A program made the translations under genes and the position numbers. Positions 59,701 through 64,000 of a stretch of DNA of 64,000 nt are shown here, one piece after another (position 1 is the first letter of the stretch; every line of letters starts with the position of its first letter). The DNA is from Candidatus Zhuqueibacterota bacterium (GTDB lineage: Bacteria > Zhuqueibacterota > Zhuqueibacteria > Thermofontimicrobiales > Thermofontimicrobiaceae): the NCBI GenBank assembly GCA_049322915.1, contig JBMOPW010000020.1, forward strand, positions 238,006 through 302,005, written 5' to 3'. The notes beneath the pieces were generated by a model. The model worked only from the letters and a program-made list of their open reading frames with translations, searched no databases and was not told the DNA's origin.

Positions 59701-61755
59701 GGTGAACGCGCTGCCTTCAGCAATGGTCTGACTGGGAATCTGGCTGACGACCGGGTCGTCATTGACCGCTGTAATGGTGAACGTGGTCTGGCAATCGTCG
59801 GACAAGCCGCCGGGGTCGGTGGCGACAAAGGTGATGGTTTCGCTGCCGTTCCACTCGGCATCCTTCGCAGTGATGGTGGCCACGCGGGTGGTGATGGTCA
59901 CCTGCAAATTGGTGGCGCCGGTGACCGACCAGGTGATCTGGCTGTCGGAATTGTCCGAGTCGGTCACATAATTGTCCAGGGAAATGGTGGTGAAACTGCC
60001 GCCTTCGGTGATGGTCTGATTAGGAATCTGGCTGACGACCGGCGGATTATTGGAGAGGACGACATTGGCCTGGTCGGTGGCCTGGCCGCCATCGCCGTCG
60101 GTCACTTTCAGTGTGACCACATGGGTGCCGCCCGAGGTGAACGTCGCCTGGGGCGATTGTCCCTGGGTTTCGAAAATGGTGTCGTTGTTCAAATCCCAAC
60201 TGTAGGTTGGCGTATCGGTTCCGGGGTCAGTGGAACTGCCAGTCAACTGGATGGGCGAATTGATCACCCCGGAATAGGGCCCGCCGGCTTCGGCAGTGGG
60301 CGCGACATTGGCGACGACCAGCGTCTGGGTGGCCGTGGCTGTGGCGTTTTCGTTATCAGTCACGCGCAGTTTGATCGTGCCGTTGAAATCGTCGCTGATG
60401 GTGTGGCTCAATGTGGCGCTGGTTGTCGTCTGGTCGTAGGTGCCGTCGTTCTGGAAATCCCATTCGTATTTGACAATGGACCCGTCGCTGTCCGTGGAGC
60501 CTGCGCCATTGAACGTGATGGCCGTGCCTTCATTGGCCTGATACGGCCCCCCGGCATGGGCCACCGGCGGCTGGTTGACGGTCAGTTTGAGATAGCGGAG
60601 TTTTACTCCGGTTGGCGTCGGGTAGGCTAAATAGAAATTGCTTTTATAGGCGCGAAGCACCATTTTATTTCGGCCTAAATCATTGACGCTGCTCTCCGCC
60701 ATTTGGATTCGGCTGCCCCAGGTAGCGCCACCATCATCGGAGCGGCGGACAAAGAGACGCGCATCGAAATCTTCCGAGTAAGCGACATGGACGATCTGGC
60801 CGTCTGCACTTGATGCAACCGAACCAAATCCCTGAGGGGTATCAGCGCGCAGCAAAATTTCACCGGACGTTGTCACGGGTAGATCGCGTATTTGAGTGTT
60901 GGTAACACTAAAACGTGTATAACGAACTGACGCTTTATTGCCGACTGTCTCGTCAATTTCTGATCCATAAACGATATGGACATTTCCGGAATTATCGACG
61001 AACAAATCCGGCGCGCCATTCGCTCCCCTGGCTTTTTCGTGGTGTATCTCAAGATATTGCCAATGGGCTCCGCTGTCGAACGATCTCCAGTATGAGACCG
61101 GGCCGCCTTCCATTGGGTAATTAGGACAGCCAAGAATCATGTGAATGTTGGTTTGATAGGATGCATCAATTTCGATATTGTCGTCACAGCGATAGTCATA
61201 AAAATTATCAATCTCGTCCTGCAATGTACCATTGAGAAAGGTGAAGTATTTCACAGGTCCTTCCATGGGGGCATCTCCTGTGCCCGTTGCAGATCCGCGG
61301 ATGACATGGATTTTATTGTTATCGTCCGTATCGACTTTCACCACCCATCCCCGATAGGTTCGAGTCGACAGAACGATTGGGGATACCCATCCTGATGTTG
61401 TGCGATAGGTGTAATATGATGACCAGTAATTGCTTCCTTCAGATACACGAAACGTCACATGAGGAATGCCATTTGAGTCCACGGCAATGGAAGCGCCAAA
61501 TGAAAAATCGGACACTTCGCCCGCTGTTCCGGGAATCGTTTCCTGCCGAACGATGACGCCGGAATTGTCCATTTCAGTGTACACTGCCCCTGTGCCATTC
61601 TGAATACACACGATGTGCAAATGGCCTGTCGCCGGATCGATATCCATGTCCGGCGCTTTGCCATTGTAAACCGATATTTCATCGGACCATGTCTGGGCGA
61701 ACAGATTTGTATTCAAAATAAGTGCTAATATTATTAAAAATTTCATCCGTTTCAT
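57973..61755 (-). CDS. Large secreted adhesin-like protein: BNR/sialidase-like propeller head, 2 PKD domains, about 5 cadherin-like/tandem-95 repeats, Fn3-like domain, T9SS sorting domain
   Basis: GGGAG RBS; signal peptide; SFDSGAHW and SDDGGATW Asp-boxes; NQPPVAHAGGPY..YEWDF PKD; repeats VNDAPVV.QIPNQT...ISLDNYVTD.D...WSGxETITFxAxDP; NYPNPFNP. Confidence 0.9.
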   Translation of the reverse strand: MKRMKFLIILALILNTNLFAQTWSDEISVYNGKAPDMDIDPATGHLHIVCIQNGTGAVYTEMDNSGVIVRQETIPGTAGEVSDFSFGASIAVDSNGIPHVTFRVSEGSNYWSSYYTYRTTSGWVSPIVLSTRTYRGWVVKVDTDDNNKIHVIRGSATGTGDAPMEGPVKYFTFLNGTLQDEIDNFYDYRCDDNIEIDASYQTNIHMILGCPNYPMEGGPVSYWRSFDSGAHWQYLEIHHEKARGANGAPDLFVDNSGNVHIVYGSEIDETVGNKASVRYTRFSVTNTQIRDLPVTTSGEILLRADTPQGFGSVASSADGQIVHVAYSEDFDARLFVRRSDDGGATWGSRIQMAESSVNDLGRNKMVLRAYKSNFYLAYPTPTGVKLRYLKLTVNQPPVAHAGGPYQANEGTAITFNGAGSTDSDGSIVKYEWDFQNDGTYDQTTTSATLSHTISDDFNGTIKLRVTDNENATATATQTLVVANVAPTAEAGGPYSGVINSPIQLTGSSTDPGTDTPTYSWDLNNDTIFETQGQSPQATFTSGGTHVVTLKVTDGDGGQATDQANVVLSNNPPVVSQIPNQTITEGGSFTTISLDNYVTDSDNSDSQITWSVTGATNLQVTITTRVATITAKDAEWNGSETITFVATDPGGLSDDCQTTFTITAVNDDPVVSQIPSQTIAEGSAFTAISLDNYVTDPDNADNQITWTATGQAQLTVTITNRVATIQTPNAEWSGAETIAFKATDPGGKFDSESAAFTVTAVNDAPVVTQIPNQTVNQGSPFSPISLNDYVSDVDNSDAEITWSHNATQLTVQINGSTKVATVTVPSAQWSGSETITFTARDPLGATAQSAATFTVGDFDEPPVVIQINDQTINENGTFSAIYLDYHVTDPDNNDSQITWSWRGNSSLLLTNNQHILTVAVPDSEWAGTEVITFIAADPIGKKDSCTTIFKVIPINDAPRLKTVSNFYFAEDDTLRIRRSELLALVSDIDSPSDGLVFLFTNNLKTHFYTEPLSKDILLYADANWFGSETVLFQVIDDKGGVDFQSVTIVVQSSPDAPNPFSLLSPIGLPFNASVDSIKFTWRKSKDTDPGESIVYQWSLSNDVLFGHVMDLYNNLTDSVFVFRPTTIANGTYYWRVIAYDPTGRFRQCNNLGVFSVISSSVAQPDGATPLEYALLPNYPNPFNPETRISFTIPKSCHVTLTIYNSLGQLIYTLFDGELAGGSYTKIWNALDQQGKQVTSGVYMYKLETEEFSQVRKMLYVR

Positions 61756-61939
61756 ATTTTACTCCCATAAAAAAAAGTGTTTGCAGTTCAAAGCGATAGC
61801 TGAAAAAAACAAGGCGTAAGATTGGGCAAAGTTTAACGTAATTCTTCTGAATGCGTTTTTTTTCCTCCTCAAAATCGTTTTGTACATAACCTAAATTTCT
61901 AAATTGATTTTTAGGTAACTACTCAACTCATGTATTCCA

Positions 61940-62086
61940 GAAGCTGCTTAAGCGGCTGGTTAGCTGGCTGATTGATTGTTGAACACAACGATAAATCGTG
62001 GTGTTGGTACAATTTTGAACCAGCGCCATGCTTCAGCATGGTGATATTAGATGCGTGCTAAGAAGTTAGTCGCTTCAGCGGTTTCC
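61940..62086. repeat. Four-hairpin REP-like cluster (REPIN-like)
   Basis: Hairpins AGCTGC-TTAA-GCGGCT, CACAACGAT-AA-ATCGTGGTG, CGCCATGC-TTCA-GCATGGTG, AGTCGC-TTCA-GCGGTT; units 1/4 and 2/3 are inverted pairs. Confidence 0.6.
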
Positions 62087-62217
62087 ATTACATTTCAAAA
62101 TATTTAACACCGGAGTGGTTACATTTTTAGAAAGAAAACTTAAGCTCATGTTTTTGATATTACTCCGGAGTGCGATGCACTCCATGGGATCAATTTATTA
62201 AATTCTATCGACCTCAT

Positions 62218-62254
62218 TAAAGGCATAGAATCGAACATTCTATGCCTTTTTTTA
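62218..62254 (-). terminator. Rho-independent terminator (duplicate of 57917-57954)
   Basis: Same stem AAAGGCATAGAAT / ATTCTATGCCTTT. Confidence 0.8.
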
Positions 62255-62272
62255 TGGTGTAGTTACAGCAAC

Positions 62273-64000
62273 TTATCTTACATACAGCATTTTCCTGACC
62301 TGGGAGAACTCCTCGGTTTCCAGCTTGTACATGTAGACGCCGCTGGTCACCTGCTTGCCCTGCTGATCCAGCGCATTCCAGATTTTGGTATAGCTGCCGC
62401 TGGACAGTTCGCCATCGAACAGGGTGTAGATCAACTGGCCGAGACTGTTGTAAATGGTCAGCGTGACATGGCAGCTTTTGGGAATGGTGAAGCTGATCCG
62501 CGTCTCAGGGTTGAACGGATTGGGGTAATTCGGCAGCAGCGCGTATTCAATGGGCGTGGCGCCGTCCGGCTGAGCCACGCTGGATGAGCTGACGCTGAAC
62601 ACACCGAGATTGTTGCACTGCCTGAACCGACCGGTGGGGTCGTAGGCAATGACGCGCCAGTAAAACGTGCCGTTGGCAAGCGTTGTTGGCCGGAACACAA
62701 ACACCGAATCGGTCAGATTATTGAATTGATCCATGACATGGCCGAACAGCACATCCTGGCTGAGGCTCCATTGGTACACGATGGATTCGCCGGGATCGGT
62801 GTCTTTGGATTTGCGCCAGGTGAATTTAATGGAATCGACGCTGGCGTTGAACTGCTGTCCGATGGGCGAGAGCAAGCTGAATGGATTGGGCGAGTCCGGC
62901 GCGGACTGGACAACGATCGTCACGGATTGAAAATCGACGCCGCCCTTGTCGTCGATGGCCTGGAACAGCACGTTCTCCGAGCCAAACCAGTTGGCATCGG
63001 CGTAAACCATGAGGTCTTTGGTCAGCGCCTCGGTGTAATAATGGGTTTTCAAATTATTGGCGAACAAAAACATCAACCCATCGGACGGGCTGTCGATGTC
63101 GCTGACCAGCGCCAGCAACTCCGAGCGGCGGATGCGCAGCGTATCGTCTTCGGCGAAATAGAAATTGGAGACGGTTTTGAGCAGCGGCGCGTCGTTGATG
63201 GGAATGACCTTGAAAATGGTGGTGCAGCTATCCTTTTTCCCGATGGGATCGGCGGCGATGAAGGTGACCACTTCCGTACCAGCCCACTCGGAATCCGGGA
63301 CGGCGACAGTCAAAATATGCTGGTTGTTGGTCAGCAGCAGCGAACTGTTGCCGCGCCAGGACCAGGTGATTTGCGAATCATTGTTGTCAGGATCAGTGAC
63401 GTGGTAATCCAGGTAAATGGCGCTGAATGTGCCGTTTTCGTTGATGGTCTGATCGTTGATCTGAATGACGACTGGCGGCTCGTCGAAATCGCCCACAGTG
63501 AACGTGGCCGCCGATTGCGCCGTGGCGCCCAGCGGGTCTCGGGCCGTGAAGGTGATAGTCTCGCTGCCCGACCATTGGGCCGACGGCACAGTGACCGTGG
63601 CCACTTTGGTGGAACCGTTGATCTGGACGGTCAACTGGGTGGCATTGTGCGACCAGGTGATTTCGGCGTCGCTGTTGTCGACATCGCTGACATAATCGTT
63701 GAGCGAAATGGGGCTGAACGGCGAGCCCTGGTTCACGGTCTGGTTGGGAATCTGGGTCACCACGGGCGCATCGTTGACAGCCGTCACCGTGAAGGCGGCG
63801 CTTTCGCTGTCGAATTTGCCGCCGGGATCAGTGGCTTTGAAGGCGATGGTCTCGGCGCCCGACCATTCCGCGTTGGGCGTTTGAATGGTGGCCACGCGAT
63901 TGGTGATGGTGACGGTGAGCTGGGCCTGACCCGTTGCCGTCCAGGTGATCTGATTGTCGGCATTGTCCGGATCCGTGACATAATTATCCAGACTGATGGC
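62273..64000 (-). CDS. C-terminal part of a paralogous secreted adhesin-like protein (cadherin-like repeats + T9SS domain); start lies beyond the window
   Basis: Frame stays open to the window edge; near-identical to the C-terminal about 575 aa of the 57973-61755 protein. Confidence 0.9.
   Translation of the reverse strand, partial: AISLDNYVTDPDNADNQITWTATGQAQLTVTITNRVATIQTPNAEWSGAETIAFKATDPGGKFDSESAAFTVTAVNDAPVVTQIPNQTVNQGSPFSPISLNDYVSDVDNSDAEITWSHNATQLTVQINGSTKVATVTVPSAQWSGSETITFTARDPLGATAQSAATFTVGDFDEPPVVIQINDQTINENGTFSAIYLDYHVTDPDNNDSQITWSWRGNSSLLLTNNQHILTVAVPDSEWAGTEVVTFIAADPIGKKDSCTTIFKVIPINDAPLLKTVSNFYFAEDDTLRIRRSELLALVSDIDSPSDGLMFLFANNLKTHYYTEALTKDLMVYADANWFGSENVLFQAIDDKGGVDFQSVTIVVQSAPDSPNPFSLLSPIGQQFNASVDSIKFTWRKSKDTDPGESIVYQWSLSQDVLFGHVMDQFNNLTDSVFVFRPTTLANGTFYWRVIAYDPTGRFRQCNNLGVFSVSSSSVAQPDGATPIEYALLPNYPNPFNPETRISFTIPKSCHVTLTIYNSLGQLIYTLFDGELSSGSYTKIWNALDQQGKQVTSGVYMYKLETEEFSQVRKMLYVR

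Noticed and set aside
58438..60630. 730-aa ORF on the + strand
   Set aside because: Antisense shadow of the GC-rich repetitive adhesin gene; no RBS or recognisable motifs
57915..64000. Diversity-generating retroelement (template/variable repeat pair)
   Set aside because: Mismatches are not adenine-specific, many are synonymous, the repeat is too long and no reverse transcriptase is present
1..64000. CRISPR array, tRNA or rRNA genes
   Set aside because: No regularly spaced 25-45 bp repeats, tRNA cloverleaf or rRNA-like stretch found by eye in the intergenic regions

Overview
Bacterial chromosomal window. The many signal peptides, lipoproteins and type IX secretion (T9SS) type-A C-terminal sorting domains (NYPNPFN...SGVY) point to an FCB-superphylum organism, possibly KSB1/Calditrichota-like (inference). 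No rRNA, tRNA, CRISPR array, integrase or intact transposase was seen. From left to right: (1) three paralogous exported TPR proteins; (2) a Tyr-rich lipoprotein plus FadL-like outer-membrane protein behind an ECF/sigmaE-type promoter, then a GWxTD protein; (3) housekeeping and scavenging genes (RmlD-like SDR, MFS transporter, P-loop protein, 5'-nucleotidase, Dabb, CE7 esterase, pyrophosphatase); (4) a purine/ureide catabolic trio (PLP enzyme, allantoinase-like, SsnA-like); (5) an AT-rich islet of small lipoproteins, then ychF; (6) a 2,888-codon ORF that fuses a FAD-linked oxidoreductase, four [4Fe-4S] motifs, two glutamate-synthase FMN barrels, an internal class II glutamine amidotransferase and a GXGXG domain; (7) a histidine kinase and NtrC-type regulator, followed by tandem palindromic sites, a canonical sigma54 promoter and an 11-kb run of exported genes (DUF3160, serpin, beta-propellers, beta-barrel); (8) DUF4416 plus a C-terminally truncated pyruvate kinase; (9) two tandem T9SS adhesin-like genes sharing a near-identical stalk. 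Several intergenic regions hold REP/MITE-like nested inverted repeats, and one holds a RAYT transposase remnant. The strongest candidates for an undescribed system are the permuted, probably self-cleaving glutamate-synthase polyprotein and the sigma54-controlled serpin/secreted-protein regulon. All family calls come from motif recognition by eye; no database searches were run.
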